Shown one piece after another: positions 1-15,000 of a stretch of 64,000 nucleotides of DNA. How positions within the stretch are numbered: the stretch's first letter is position 1; each line of letters opens with the position of its first letter. The notes under the pieces are model-generated. The model was not told the DNA's origin. It saw only the letters and a list, made by a program, of their open reading frames with translations, and ran no database searches. The position numbers were made by a program, and so were the translations under genes. This DNA is from Bilabrum cf. latius (Eukaryota). The stretch spans positions 2,046,001 to 2,110,000 of the forward strand of contig OZ237735.1 of NCBI GenBank assembly GCA_965178125.1, given 5' to 3'.

Positions 1-1
1 T

Positions 2-3000
2 GAGCGTGGTGACCTGGCCCTGTGTAGAGCCAGTCAGCAGCGCTTCATCGATCAGAAGCTCCGGCTGGTTGCCCGGAGTCACGGTCTGATCGGCGAAAGT
101 GATCTGCCACCTGTACCCGCGCACCGGGCCGGACGCTGGCACGGGCTAGCGAGCGACCTCGACGTGGCCGACGACCGCGTCCGCGTTACCGGTGCCGTTG
201 CCCATGCTCATGAGGGCAAAGCGCAGTTGCTCCGGGGACACATCGAACGGCAAGAGCTGCGTGCGCTCGCCCTTGAACTCCAGGGCGAACGAGCCGGCGG
301 CGCTGCCAGCGGTTGCGTGCTCGACCTGCACCTGCTGCACCTCCACGACGTGTTCATTCGACTCGAACCACTCCACCCTGTATTTCTAGATGGAATCGCC
401 CGAGGTGGCTGCTGGCTGCCTCCACGCCACATCGATGTGTGTCAACGGTGCATGCTCGGCCTCCTCGGCTGTCATGGTGTCCGTAGGGCACCCGAGCAGC
501 TCAGTCGCGTCGGTTTCCACCACCACAGCGGTCACCTGGGTTGGCGATTCAGGGGCGTTCGAAGGGATGGTCGGCGCTGGCTGGGCCACGGCGCTGAAAT
601 TGCCCTGCCCGACGCCCTCACCAGCCACAGCTGCGATGCGGAAGTAGATCGGGCGGCCGGGCTCCAGACCGGATACGTCGTGGTAGAAGGTACGGTCCTC
701 ATCCAGATCGCCATCGGGTGCCTCAGGGTCACCAATGAAGGGGATGGGAGTCAACGTGGCGTTGTTGGCACCCGAACCGGCCTGCGTCACCAGCGTGATC
801 GTGTCTGTCGGCTCGCCATCCGCACCCGAAGCGAACGTAGTCGACAGGTCGTACTCAATCACGTAGGCGATGATGTCCCTGCCACCAGACCTCCTAGGTG
901 CCCTCCACGTGACACGCACTTCGTCGCCGTACAGCACCTGCGCGGCCGGGTCCTAGGGAGTGGTCGGCTTGATGAAAGCAGGTGCCAGGCTGGAGGGCAT
1001 GCTGTACTCGTACTGCCTGTTCGACGTGGGCATGCCAGTGTGGGACACCATCTGGAACGGAACGGAGTTGCGGGCAAATACGCGAGCGAAGTAGCGAGTA
1101 CCGGTCGTCAGACCATCGATTACGAACGTGTACGGCGCCGCTCCGGCGAGGGCAGCCCCAGTCACAACCGCGGAACCAAGTGGCGTTCCGTCACCGCATG
1201 TGACCGCAGTCGTATTGGAACCGCTCGCAAACGTAGAAGCGGTGTCCCACTGCACGCAATACGATGTGATCGGGTCGCCACCGTCGCTGATAGGAGGCGA
1301 GAAGAACAGTTCTAGCTCCGTTCCAGAGAATATCTCGAGACGCACGTCTGTCGGCTTACCAGGAACTGATCGAGGCGTGGCTGGGAACACCACCGGCACA
1401 TCCGCCGACGGGGTCGTACCAATGGCATTCCTTGCCGACACGCGCACGTAGTACGCCTGGCCAGCGGTGAGGCCAGGGATGATCACGCACCTGTCGCACG
1501 AACGTTGCTGCACAGTGATCCGCGCGGTGCTGGCAGGGGTCAGCTAGTGCGAGTGGATGCGGATCGGCCGCGGCGGCCCGGACTTTCCGATGATGTCCAC
1601 GACGAACACGCGGCGTCGGTCCTGTGGGTCGGAAGCGCCAGTGTCAACAGTCACGGTTGCGGCCGAGACAGATGGCAGCGCCTCCAGAGCATCGCGAACC
1701 TCCTCAGCAGTCGCGTTCCAGGCGAGCGGCCTAGATACCGTGGCATCCGCTACTGCCTGCAGGCTCGCGGGCAAGTTGTCCAGAGACTCAGCCGGCACGT
1801 CGTCGATTGCGCCGGTGCCGCCAGTGCCACCGTATGCCAGCTCGAAGCCACCGCCCAGCGATGCGTTCACGTCCACGCCCTCAGGCACCTCAACCGTGAC
1901 GATCTGCCTGCCCAGCAGATAGTCGGCGTTGCTGTAGACAAGGGAGCCGTACGAAGACGTGCTGAAGCTCGAGGCAGTGTCCCACTCGACCAGGTACGAA
2001 GACGGCAAGTCACCGCCAGTGCTGGCCGGCGGGTCGAACGAAACGCGCAGGCCATTCGCAGAGGCCTCCGATCCCTTCAGCAGCTCCATGGCATGGGCCA
2101 CGGCGCCATCACCGGAAAGGCCGTGGCCATCCGTGCCCAGGAGGTCGACATCCCCGCTGTAACGCACGGCATCCACGAAAGTCACGCGCCACTCAAAGCC
2201 GTTCTGGAAGTCTCCGGGGTCCTGGCTGTCTGGCACGACGCCAGAATCAGGGGCCGCGGCAGAGGCTCGGCTCACCTCGACGGCTCCGCCGCCGCTTAGC
2301 TGCTGCAGGGCGGTCTGGACCGCACTGGCCGAAGCATCGAACGGCAGCTCAGCAGTCTGGTGCCCGCCACGCAGCAGGCGGAACGTGCCGCCGAGCTCGT
2401 TGCCCATCACTACCTGAGCCACAGTAACCTTGGCTCCCTTGCCGCGGAGTGCGTCCACAGTCTCCAGCATTGGCACATCTCCGCGGTCTTCCTCGCGCAG
2501 AGGCCCGTAGCGAGAGCCGAAGCCAAGGAATGTCACGGTCCAGTCGAAGCCGCCCACGCCATCAATCTCCCCGGGCTCGGACCGCCTGACAGTCACGTTG
2601 CCGATGCCAACGAGGTCCTCAAGGGCAGTCTCAACGTCGGCAGCACTGGCACTGTGCTGCAGCGAGCCGGTGAGCTCGGAAGCTGCGGAATGCGCTGTCT
2701 CGCGGAAGCGCAGGCGGAACGATCCGCTGATGGCGTTGCCGGCGGTGCGAGTCTCCACATTGCAGAAAGGAGTACCGGTTGCAGCAGTCAGGTTCTCGGA
2801 TCTGCACACGAACTCATTGGCGTCCCCATCGATGCCGTTCAGCGACAGAGTGAAGGTCACGGCACCCTCTGCGTCGGCGAGCGTCTTCTGCACTCCGACG
2901 ATGGGCCTACCACCCACAGCCTGGACCACCAGAGCCAGCTCAGCCTCCAGCTCAGCCACGGTCGTGTCAGCAGACAAGTCGGAGCCAGCCTCGTCCAGGG

Positions 3001-6000
3001 TGGTCACCGACACTGCGTGCCCGGTGCCGCCAGACCAAGAGCCGTCCATAGGATTGTCGTTGGCGCATTCGGACAAGCCAGCGGCCGCCTGGTCAGGGCC
3101 GTCAGTCACATTCAGCACGATGGAGTCGCCCGGGTCCGGACCAGCGGTCAGGAATACCACCATCCACGAGTACCCATAGTTGCTCGTAGCCGTGCCGTCA
3201 CCCTGACGGGCCACAACAACGTCACTCCAAGGATACGCACCCTCAATCGCCGCCTCGACCTCAGCTGCCGTGGCGTCAAAGTCGATGCAGTTAGTCACGG
3301 CCGTGACGTTGCCGCCCAGGTTCAGGCGGAACTGCCCACGAGTGATGCCCGGCCCAGTCGTGGCAGACACCGTCACAAGCTGCTTCTCGTGCTGGGTTCC
3401 CACCCCGTTCAGCTCCAGAGCAAAAGTGCCATTGAGGATGGCACCAGGCGAGTTGCGCACGCCGAGGGTGATCGTCTGCTGCTCAGGCACCACATCAGCA
3501 GTGCTGGTGATCCGCTGGATCTCATCGCGATGGGTCGCAGCAGTCGTGATGACCTGCACCTCGTCGACATGCAGGAGAGCATCAGCTTGAACATTCTAGG
3601 GGGCACCTGGCCTGCCACGAGGCCGATCCGAGGCCGGAGTGCCATCATCGCTAGGACTGGCCGCAGAGAGTCCGATAGCGTTGCCAGCCGACACTCTTGC
3701 AAAGTACGGTACGCCCTCTTGCAGACCAGAGATCGTGGTCGACAGGGGCAGGTAGGCCGGGGCGAAGTTATCGGCCGTGATCAGCTGAGCAGGCGCGGAC
3801 AGCAGCTGCACAAAGTCGCTGGAGCCGTCGTCGTTGTTGGATGCCCCCGTCACCATGATTGGGCTGACATCGCCGAGGTGCGAGTCAAAGGACACGAACC
3901 ACGTGAAACCGCTCGTGCGGTACAGCGCAACGTTGGTAAGCTGCAGAGCGCGGATGCTCGTCGCGTTCGACATGGGGTCCTCGACAGGGCTCAGCGGCAA
4001 GCTGGTAGCCGTGAATGGCCTGGTCACGTTGGTGCTAACCCTGAAGATCTCAGCCTTCAGGTACACCTGAAGCGCCCTGCTAGGAGCGCCAACGTACGGC
4101 GTCGACTCGTCGAGGGTCAGCGTGAGAGGATCGCCCACTGCGCTCGTCTCCGCGACGGAGATGGACAGGTCACTCGGGGCCGTGCTGCTGCTTCCGTTCA
4201 GGCAACCAGTCATCGGCTCTGTGGGATGGACTTCGATCGGCGCGTAGGTCATGCTAGTCGGGCTGAAACCACCACCCACAAAATACACCTCGTAGGTGTA
4301 ACCCTCGATGTGGTTCGACTCGTTTCGGAAGAAGGAGCGGATGACTTGAACACCGCCGCTGCTACTGATCAGTGCGATGGCATTGAGAGCGTCCTGTACT
4401 TCAGTGGCCTCGGCATCCAGCGGAATGCACGTCGTGTTGGTTCCGTTGTACGTCAGCAGGAACGCCATACTGTCACCCGCGGCATCTGCGAGGCCGTTGA
4501 CGCCGTTGGTTGCCGACGAGACCGAGATCTCCTGCACGGCTGTGCCAGTCTCCGCCACAGTGTGGTTGGTTCCGCGGATACGGATCACCGCACCGGGCTG
4601 CACGTACCGCTGCACAGAAGCAGACATGGTCAGGGTTGTGGTCGGCAGTGCCGACGTGTTGAAGGTCGTTGCCGCGGTAGCGGGCAGCAGCTCATCACCG
4701 GAGGACCCGATGGTAGTCGGCAACGGCATGGAAGAACCAGAGTAGGCCTGAAGCACGGTGCCGTTTGTGGGCAGAGGAACCGGTCGGGCGCCCGAGATGC
4801 GCACGAGATCTCCGCGGGCGAGCCAGCCACGCAGGTCCTGGGTGGTTGCGAGGTCGGTGTCGCCGCGTTGCGCGCTTGCCGACACAACGATCACGTGATG
4901 GCCACTGGTCGCATTGGACAGATCACTTCCCGACCGTGGCACGGAGCTTGCAATCCTGAACTCGCGGTGCACGGACACGGTGCCCACAGTAGAAAGCTCT
5001 TCCAGAGCGGCCTCTACCTCGTTGGCGCTAGCATCGTACCGAATACCAGGCAAGCTTGCCTGCGCCCCGTCCACGGAGAAGTTGAAGCGCCCTGCCAGGG
5101 CCTCGCTGCCGCGCACGGTCTCCACGATACCCACGAAGGCACCAGTACCGGTAAGGCTGGTGAAGTCTGCCACCAGAGGAGACACGTCGCCGGAGCCCGG
5201 CGGGAACGAGCGCCCGTTGCTGCTGCCGAAGTTCTCAACGAATCGCACAGTCCAGGCGTACCCACCCCGAGTTCCATCGACAGCGACAGCCGCGCCGTCC
5301 CAGCCGGCGCCCACCTCAGCACGAGTCACGAAGACATCACCGATGGTGTTCAGCCCGTCGAGGGCGGCCTCCACTTCAGCATCGGTCTCGTTGAAGTCTA
5401 CGGTGATGGGGCCGTTTGCCGCGGCCCCCAGGTTGAGATCGAAGGTCCCTTCCAAGCCATCAGACCCAGCCTGTGACTCCTCCACACGGGCGTTGGCCGT
5501 GGCCAGCTCGCACGCTGTGCACCCACTAGTGCTGGTGTTAGCCCCCGTCTCGTCTACCGTATTGTTCGTGATGGCCAGCAGAGGCAGGTCACCGGCTCCA
5601 AGCGGGAAGTTGTGCGGGTTGCTAGTGAACGTGATCACAAAGTTTCTAGAGCCGTACCGGTCGGTGATCTCCCTGCTAACCTCAACCAAGCCGGTCACTC
5701 CGCTCACACCCAAGCCAGGAGATCCATCAACATTGGAATCGGCGCTCTCAATCGCCGCGTCCAAGTCGTCGGCGGTGGCACGGACCGATACATTCGCGCT
5801 CGAGTGCACCTCTCCCGTGTAAGGGCTTGGTACCGACAAGCTGAAGTTCCCGATCAGCACGTTACCGCGCACCTGCTCCTGGATGTCGGTGTCTAGCAGA
5901 GTACCAGTCAGAGGCTCGGCACCGCCGCTGCCAGCAGTGTCAATAGTGATACCAACAATGTCGCCCGCGGCAGGGCAACCCATCAAGATAGGATCCGCTG

Positions 6001-9000
6001 CGTCGCACTCGGGGTTGGGCTCGCCACCTGCCAGATTCTCGGGCTGACTCAGGAATCGCACAGTCCACGTGTAGCCGCCAGTGGTTGTATTCACTGCAGA
6101 CCTAGTCACCTGCACCTCACCCACGTTCACGAGGTCCTCCAGGATGTCCTCAACAGACAGCCCGCTCTGACCAGGCACTGCGTTGGCGTCCGCAGTGCTG
6201 GGGAGGGCATTGTGGGCGATGGGAGACGTCTGCGCCACGGCATCTACGGCGCACGACAGGCACCCGGTGGTGTCGACAGTCAGGCGGAACTCGCCATCGA
6301 TGGGCTCCGTGCCGTCAACGCAGTCGGTGCCACCGTTCAAAGAGCCCGTACCACCCTCGCACACGCTGCACGCTGGGCTGCCTCCGTCCGATGGAGAGGT
6401 GGCTGTAAGGCTAGACGTGTCGCACCCCAGGCTGGCAAGGTCTCCCACGTTGCGGCCCCAAGATCGCGAGAAGCGGCGCCCGTTGGAGACTCCGACACCG
6501 TCCCATTCCTCGAACGTCGTTGTGCCGTCGTGCTAGTTGGAAAGGAAGGTGATGGACCACAGGTAACCACGTACCTGGCCGTGATCGACGCCGAAGGCCT
6601 CATCCGCAGCCGACTGGTTCAACGTAGTGCGGCTGACCTCAACGTACCCGGTGCGGTCGTCCACTACGCGGTTGGGAGTCATTGCTTGAAGGGCGGCGCG
6701 GACCTCGTCTGGGCCGGCGTTGTGGTTAATCGGAGGAGTGATGGACCCACCAAGGGACAGGCGGAACGTGCCTCCGAGCTCATTGCCCTGCTCCAGCGTA
6801 GACACAATAACATCAACACCGTCACCAGTCAGGTTGGTTCCCAGCTCCATTGGCGATGTGAGAGGAAGCACGTCACCGCCGACCAGACTGCCGACGAACG
6901 TTACGTCCCACTGCCAGCTGTGAGCATCAAGCGGACGGGCATTCGAGTCGAATCCGCCGCCGCCCTCCCTCGTGACAACAATTTCCTCCATGGCCTCAGC
7001 ATGCGTCACGTTGAACAGGTCAGCGATGGCACCGGCAAGAGCGCTGTGAACATCGGATGCGTTTGCGTACGCATGGATAGGCCAGGTGTCCGCGCAATCG
7101 TTCAAGTTCGGCACGTAGAAGTCGTTGCTGTCAGTGCTATGACAATACCTCAGAGCGAAGTTGCCCCGGATTTCGTTACCGCGCACCTCGTCGCCGGTCA
7201 GGTGCTGGCTGTCCTGCGTAGTCTCAACGAGCAGGTTCGGCGTACCAGGTCCAGTCAACGCGCTGTCATCGAAGCCCATCGTAGGGATGTTACCAAGGAT
7301 GTCGTCACCAACGAACGTGATCGAGTACTCCACGAAGCCGACCCCGCCGTTGGTACGGGTCACCTGGATGCTTGAGCTGCCAGCAACGTTTGCAAGTTCA
7401 GCGAGCCTAGTCTCGATGCTGTCGCTGTCGGAAGCATCGGAAGAAGCAGGGTTGATTCCAGCGGTAGTGGCGCTGATCTGCACGTCGCAGATGCTGCAGT
7501 TGGAGGTATCCAGGGTCAGGGTGAACGTACCGCCGGTGGCACTCACAACAGAAACGTTCTGCACCTCGTACACTCCGACACCGATGTCAATGCCAGCAAG
7601 AGGCGGGCTCTCGCTGCCGCTTTGTTCGTAGTACGGTAGACCAGAGGTTCCATTCGGCTCAAGCACGGCGTTAATCACCGAGAAATTAGACACGACCCCA
7701 GGTAGGTCCGTGAAAGTCACTGCCCATTCGTACCCACCAGTGGTGGACACGGCGGACCTAGACACTGTGACGTCCCCGATGAACGGGTCCATGTCCTCGA
7801 TGGCGGTCTCCACCTCATCATCCGTGGCACCGGTGCTCAGAACAGAAGACAGGAACACGTCGGGCTCATCACCGTCCACGTAGTTGATCCTGAGCTCTGG
7901 GTGGATGTCCTCGATCAGCAGCTAGAACGTGCCGTTGATCCAGATGCCATTGCGGATCGTCTCAACTTCACAAGTATACCCGTCAGCTAGTGCCGAGTCA
8001 TTGCACTACAGCTGTGCAAGGTTACCCACGGTCAGCGCGTTAGAAGCATCGAAGGTCACGAACCACTCAAAGGCACCCGTAGATCTGGGAGGACCGCGCG
8101 ACACCTGCACGTCACCAGCCACATTGCTCATCGCCAGCAGAGTGCCGATCATGCCAGATACCGCGTTGCCTTCAGATACATCCCACTCCATACCAGCCGA
8201 AACGTCAGATTCTGATGGCCTGGATGGGAAGTGGTCGGAGCCGTTGAGGGTCAGTGTGAAGGTGCCGCTCGCCTCCGATCCGTTCACGGTCGTCTCGAAG
8301 GTGACGGTAGGGGCGTCGCCAGTCATCGCGTTGGCAAGCAGAGTGATCTCTGGGTGGTTGCCGAACACCTTGTCGAAGCTGATGTCAAAGATGATGTTCT
8401 CCGTCGTGTTATCCGACGGCAGATCCGTCACGTTTACAGACACGCAAGGAGGCTCGTTGCACGCACCGTCGAAGGTGTCACGAAGGTGGATGGCAGCCTG
8501 CGTGATGTTGCTCACGTCAAGATGCGTCGTCTCGTAGACCGCGCCCGGGCGCTCACACAGCTCACAGCTCTCCGAACTCGTGAGGTCGAGCCGCAGACGG
8601 AACGTTCCCGCCAGATTGGTCGCGGTCGTGTTGACGACAGGCTCATCGCAAGCCTGGCCAGTCTCATTCTTGCACACCAGGAACGGCAACGGGCACATGC
8701 TGCAATCCGACGAGTCACACCGATCCTCGCTCCAGCCCAATGGGAACAAGCTGTCGGCAACGCTGGTGTCGAATACAATGTTGTACGAGTACCCACCCTG
8801 TACGGCATAGTCTCCGTCGTCTCGCGTTAACGACGCCACGTTGCCAGTCCCGACAAAGTTCTCAAGGATCGCTTCGAGCTCGCCCGAAGTGGCATTCCAA
8901 GGCACACACTCGAATTGGTTGCCGAAACTGAGCACGTAGTTGCCACCATCTACGCCGTAGTCGCCACCAGAGCCGTACGAGATGGTCTGCCTGAGGATGG

Positions 9001-12000
9001 GCTCCCTCACGACGATCTGCTGGTGCTGTACGCTGTCAGGCCCGGCGATGCTGATCCGCTGGATCTCGTTCACTTCCTGCGCTGAAGTGACGATCGTCTG
9101 CACCTCAGGACGATCCGTAGCCGTTGTTGCAACGCGCTGCACTTCGTTGATGTCATCGGCCCATGTCGCCACGGTCTGAACCTCCGCAACGACCGGCGCG
9201 CCCAGCATGGTTGAGATGGTCTGCTCTTCATCGCGGCCATCGACAGTCAGGACGACCGTCTGCCTCTCGTTGGTGACCTCCACGTCGGCAGTCACGGTCT
9301 GCACCTCGCCGATGGGGTTGCCCTCAAGCACGATTGCCTGAGTCTCGTGGAAGATGTACTCTTCTGTCATGGCGTAGCCGCCGTCATCGCTGGAGATTGG
9401 CGTCTCGGTGCTCGTCTCGACCACGAAGCGATCCAATGTGAGGCCGCCATCGAACTCAGGCAGAGACCAAGACACGTCCAGAGAGGTGGCGGAACCGGGA
9501 GTAGGGTCTACCTGCACGTTCTGCGGAGACGAAGGCACAGCCGACTGCGCTGTCACGTTCTCAGGAGTCGACATAGCCGGTGCGCCTGCACCCATGGCGT
9601 TGTATGCAATGACCCGAACCTGGTAGCTGTCGCCCTCGACAACGGTGGAGTTGTGCGTGCCACGCGTGATGTCTCGGACGCCAATCACGTAGCGCGTTGT
9701 ACTGGCAGACACAATCACCGAGTTGGCAGCGACAGCGTTCGGGTCGTTGTCGAATGCCGGCGTCTCCCACTCTACGTAGTAGCGCTGCAGAGGCAGACCG
9801 CCATCGCCGCCCTGCTCCGGAAGGTTGGGGTTGGGAGCCGACCACGTCACCAACAGCTGCTGGGACCCGACCGATGAAGCGGTCACATCCTGCGCCTTAC
9901 CTGGGACCGTGTTGGTGGGCGTCAAGCCGGCGGGCGACGTGTTGGCGAACGCACCGGTGCCTTGATCGTTGACTGCTGCCACACGCACGTACCAGGCCTG
10001 GCTGCTGGCTCCCACATTCACGTTGTGGAAGAACGGTCCGTTGGATGACGTCGCAAGCCCGCTCGCGATTAGGCCAGCCACCGACAGGATGATCTCATTG
10101 CCAGTCGTAGGAACATCCGAGAATGACGCATCGCGCGACCACTGCACCACATAAGCAGAGATGGCAGCCCCGCCGTTGTCGCTCGGAGGATCCCAGATCG
10201 CCTTAATGGCACTTGACGTGTGCGGCACCAACATGGCGTTGGCTGGCTCGTCGGACTGCCTGCGCGGAGTCTCGGACAGGATTGCAGAGGCATCCCCGGC
10301 TCCCTCACCGCTGATCGCGATGATCCTGATGCCGTACTCCACGCCGCGGGACAAGCCTGTCAGCATCGTAGCAAACTCGCTGCCGCCGGCGCTGTTCATG
10401 CTGTCGGCGTTGGCACGCAGTGCACCTATATCCGTCAACGTAGTGTAGTTGAACGAAACCGGCACCGAGCCTTGCACACGCTCGAAGGCGAAGGCACTGG
10501 CGGCGGTGCCAGTCAGGGAGGCACCGTGAGTGGTCATATCAGCGAGATCGCCGGACTGCGACAGGAAGGTAACCTGCCAATCGTATCCGTACGAGTTCAC
10601 CATACGCTCGACATCCACGTCTCCCACGGTAGGCAGAGCCTCGAGCTTGGACTCCATCTCCTCAGCGCTCACATCGAAGCGAAGAGGGGGCGTGCTGTAG
10701 CCCATGAAGCCGACCCGGAACTCGCCGCCCAGCGACTCCCTGGCCGTACGAAGAGTGAACGTATCCAAGATGTAGTCCTCACCAGACGCGGGCACTCCGC
10801 CATCAAACGATGTTGCGGGCTCCGCACGCAGCTGCGGCTGATCCTCGAACTGCTACGTGAATGTCACCTCCCACTCGTATCCGAAGGCCGACCTCTCAAG
10901 AGTTGCTCCAGCGAGGGCAACTCCAGTGAAGGTAGTGGTCGTCGCGGAGTTTGAAGGCTCTGCGAGGTCGATCTGAGTGCTGGTCACTGCATTCACACTG
11001 AACCTGATGCCGCCCAAACGGATAGGCTGACCGACCTGGATGCCACCTGCAACGAAGTCGCAGCCGGTACCAGCGTCGCAAGTCACGATGCCTGCTCCCT
11101 GTGCCACAGAGACAGTACCGGAAGCTGCCTGGAAGGACGGCTCTCGGGAAACAGTGACCGCTGAGATCGAAGGAAGAGCGTTAAGCTCATCCTCCACAGC
11201 AGAGTCTGTCGCATCGTGGTCAATTGTGAACGTCCGCTCGTCCTCACCAGTCGTGGGGTTGCGAGCAATCACCACGAAAGAGCCAGTCACGCTGTCAGAA
11301 GAAGCAACGCTGCGGATAACCTGCACCTCAGAGGCGCCGTCGCCAGCTGAGACGGTGATCCTCTACACCTCAGGCACGGGATCCATGGCTGCTGCTGAAG
11401 GCGAAGTACGCCTGGGCCACTGCTCGACGCGGTAGGAGGTAGGCTCGAGACCGCCGTTGTCTGCGGGCGGCGACCAGTGCACCTGCAGCGTGGACTCGCG
11501 CACAGATGGCAAGCTGCTATCCGAGAGAGACACGCCGGGAGAGCTGACAGCTCCTGGATGAGCCAGCGGCACCACAATTGAAGCGTCGCTGAAGGAACCG
11601 TATCCGTTCCTGTTGTACGCAGCCACGCGCACGTACACGTCAGTGCCCACGGGGAGGTTCTCGAGGTCCACACGAAGGGCATCGGTGCCTGCGACCACCT
11701 CGCGCACCTCCATTCGCGCGTTGGTACCCACAAGAAGGGTGTCGTTGGGGATCACCAGCGGCATGTTGCCAGCCCCTTGCAGAGTCTCATGCTCGCCATG
11801 AGTGTACGTGATCCGCCAGATGCGCCCGCCGGTCGTGTCATTGCCGGGAAGGCGGTTCTCAACCGACACAGCCGCCGTGTGGATGGTGCTCAGACCCTCC
11901 AGCACGTTCCTGACGTGGGCTGCAGGGGACCAGATGGAGATTGCCTCAGTCTCGACACCCTCGAACTCAAGAGCGAATCTGGAAGCGCTTCCAAGCTCAG

Positions 12001-15000
12001 AGTCAGCAACTGCGACCGCAGACTGCACCTCGAATGTGAAATCTCCAGGTACGATGTCACCGACACCGCCCTGCCTCTCCTCGACATACATGCGCGGACC
12101 GAAGCCGCCGACACGAGTCTGATCCACCTCAAGAAGGCCCAGATCACCGCGAGGAGCGCCCGTGAACGTGACAGACCACCGGAAGCCGTTGCCGAACTCG
12201 GTGCGCGACACCTGGATTGGCGGGCGGTCTTCCTCGTAGGCGCCTGGCACCAGCATGGCGACCTGCATGCGCATCTGCTCGGCGGTGACGTCCCAGGGCA
12301 GGGGCGCTGACACGCGGCCAGCCCAGTGCAGAAGGAACGAGCCACTTCTGTCGTTGTCGCTCTGGAAGATAAGCGTGATTCGCTGCACCTCATTCACGAG
12401 CTCCAGTGACTTCTCTCCCATCGGGCTGCTGAAGCCCGGGTCGGTGTCCCACTGGACAACGTACCGGGTGATGGCGTTGCCACCCGAGATCAGGGGTGGC
12501 GAGAAGTCCAGCGAGGCGCTCGACCTCGTTGACGATACGCCAGCAACGACCGAAGTTGGCTTGGACGGGCGCACACCAACAGAAGGTACGGTGATCGTCT
12601 TGACGGTGGAAGAAACTCCAGTCCCAGTCTGCTTGCCTGTGGCAGACACCCGCACGGCGTACTTGGTACCAGGTCGCAGAGCGTAGTACACAGGGTCGTA
12701 TCGAGTGAGAGCAACTCCCTCCCTGGCGGTGTCAAGGCGCACCTCGATGCTGCCACCAGCGGCAGAGCCACCTCCAACCAGGTCAGTGCAGCCCACATCG
12801 CTGCCCATGCCATCCAGCTCGATGGGTAGAGGGCTAGACGAGCCAGCTTCCACGTTGCTGATGTTGCCAGCTGCAGACACCTCGTGCCGCCCGACGAACG
12901 TGATCTCGTACCTCCAAGCGTATCCAGATCCGGCGCTGCCATCGCCATCGCGGTTAACGATGACCTCAGAGTCGGTGAGATTCCGAAGCACTTCGCGCAC
13001 GTCATCAGCAGAAGCACCATAGTCGATGCAGCTCGAGAACCGATCGCCCTGCCGCAGCTTGTACTGGCCGGTGACAGGCGCAAAGTTGTCGGCGTCTTCG
13101 AACAAGAGAGAGCCGTTGGCTGCGACGCCGGCACGGAGGCCGATCGTCTGCACCTCAGGCGCAGCACCGATCACAAAGTGCCTTGCCTTCGCGGCGCGAG
13201 GCAGGATGGTGTGCAATGACGCGCCGATGCCGCGGAAGTCGCGGGTGTGCGCAGGCTGTGCTCGCACAGTCTCCACGTCCGCTCGAAGCACAAGGAACAG
13301 GAGGTCCCAAGCGTAACCGAACTTGGGCGAGGAATCAATGCTGGAGAAATCGGATCGTGGATCGAATTCTGAGCCCTCGCCCGTCCTGCGCACGAGCACC
13401 TCGCCGACAGACTCCAGGTCGAGAAGAGCTTCCCGCACGGTATCAGCACTTGCATTGAACTGCAGCGTTCGGGTTACCTCTGAGCCCACACGGATAGACC
13501 ATGAGCCGTTGATTGAGCCGCCGTCCATGGCGTCGATCGACACCACAACCTTGTCGTAGACATCAGCCCAAGCGCTAGCCCCGCCCAGGCCGGTTGAATC
13601 AGCGTACATGCGATCAACACCCTCGGGACCAGACTCGGATGCCTGCACGAATGTCACGTGCCATTCAGATCCGTACTGTGTTCCGGTTCCGTCGCCACCA
13701 ATGCGCCCGCTGTACTTGCGCACCTCGACGTCGCCGGTGTTGAGGTTCTGCTCGAGGGCAGTCTCCACCTCGCGAGCAGTCGCCTGTGCTGATACGCTGG
13801 TGGACCGCCCTCTGTAGTGCAGTCCGATTGTTCCGGTGAGAGCTGCAGAGCCCCTCGAATCGGTGGCGATCACCTGCACCTCAGGTCTTGAGTACGATGC
13901 GCAGGCACCAGCGAATTGGTCTTCTGCCACACCGGTGAACGGAAGTGGCAAGGCCGGTGCTGAGCCGCATGCCTGGGAATCCGCAATCAGGGTAGCAGAC
14001 TAGTACTCCTCCGGCAGGACGCCAAACTTCACGCGAGTGTCAGAGCTGACAGAATCCGCATCGGAGGCCAGAACCTCCACAGAAGGCACAGCCAGCGGGT
14101 CGCTGGCCACGAGGCTGCTGTCGCTCACGGTCAGCGCAGCAACATCGCCGAGCTCATCTGTGAACGTCACGATCCAAGCGCAGCACGACTGGTTGCCGGT
14201 GGCGTTGTAGCTAGCACTGGTCACACCGATGGCACCGCTAGTCGTGGGCAGCGCCTCCAGAATGGAGGCAAACTCCTCTGCGCTGGCGTCCACCTCAATC
14301 GGTGCGGTCTCTGCGCCGTCAAACGACAGCCTGAACGTGCCGCGAAGGGTTGACGCACCGTCGGCCGCGCTGGCCTGGGCAGCCAGCACACCCTCTACCC
14401 GATCAAAAGCAGAAGCATCGAAACGCACAACCTGCACCTCGGAACGCATGTTGACGTCGCTGGCAAGCCACCACTCGATCTCCACACTCTCAACTTCGTC
14501 GCCATTCGTCATAGGCTCCGAGAAATCCACGGCCACCTGCGTGCGGCTGATGGGAGTAAGGGTAACGTCAGCAGGGCCGCTAGGGGCGCGACCCGCCAGA
14601 ACCGAGACAGGCTCCACGCCGTAATCCCTCCCCGTATTCTGCTCCTCGTGGGTCCACGGCGAAGTGGCACCGAGGGCATTGCGCGCGCGGACGGTTGCGT
14701 AGTAGGTCTAGCCCTGCTCCAGCAGCGCGCTGGAACCACTGAAGCCGCCCACCATTGCGAATGTAGGCACATCAGCACCCTTCGTGGCCTCCGCGGCATC
14801 GATAGACACGGCAGGCACAGAGTCTTGCGCGACAAAGCTGGCGTTGTCGGCCATGGCAAGGGCGTAGCCGCCGCCGAGTGCCAGCCGCTCGCTCGAGTCC
14901 TACTCGCTACCAGCCACGGCAGAAATCTCCGGCACGTCACCGCGGCGGCTGACAAACGTAACGTAGTAAGCGTAACCGAAGCCAGCACCGCCAGGAGAGC

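Noticed and set aside
2360-5476. Long plus-strand ORFs (1038 aa here; also 164..1315, 6212..7375 and others)
   Set aside because: Antisense shadows of the GC-rich giant gene with Arg/His/Gly-rich, domain-free translations.
8975-9349. CRISPR-like or DNA-level tandem array
   Set aside because: The periodicity comes from the protein EVQ motif (recurring ctgcacctc); there are no identical 23-50 nt repeats with spacers and no cas genes.
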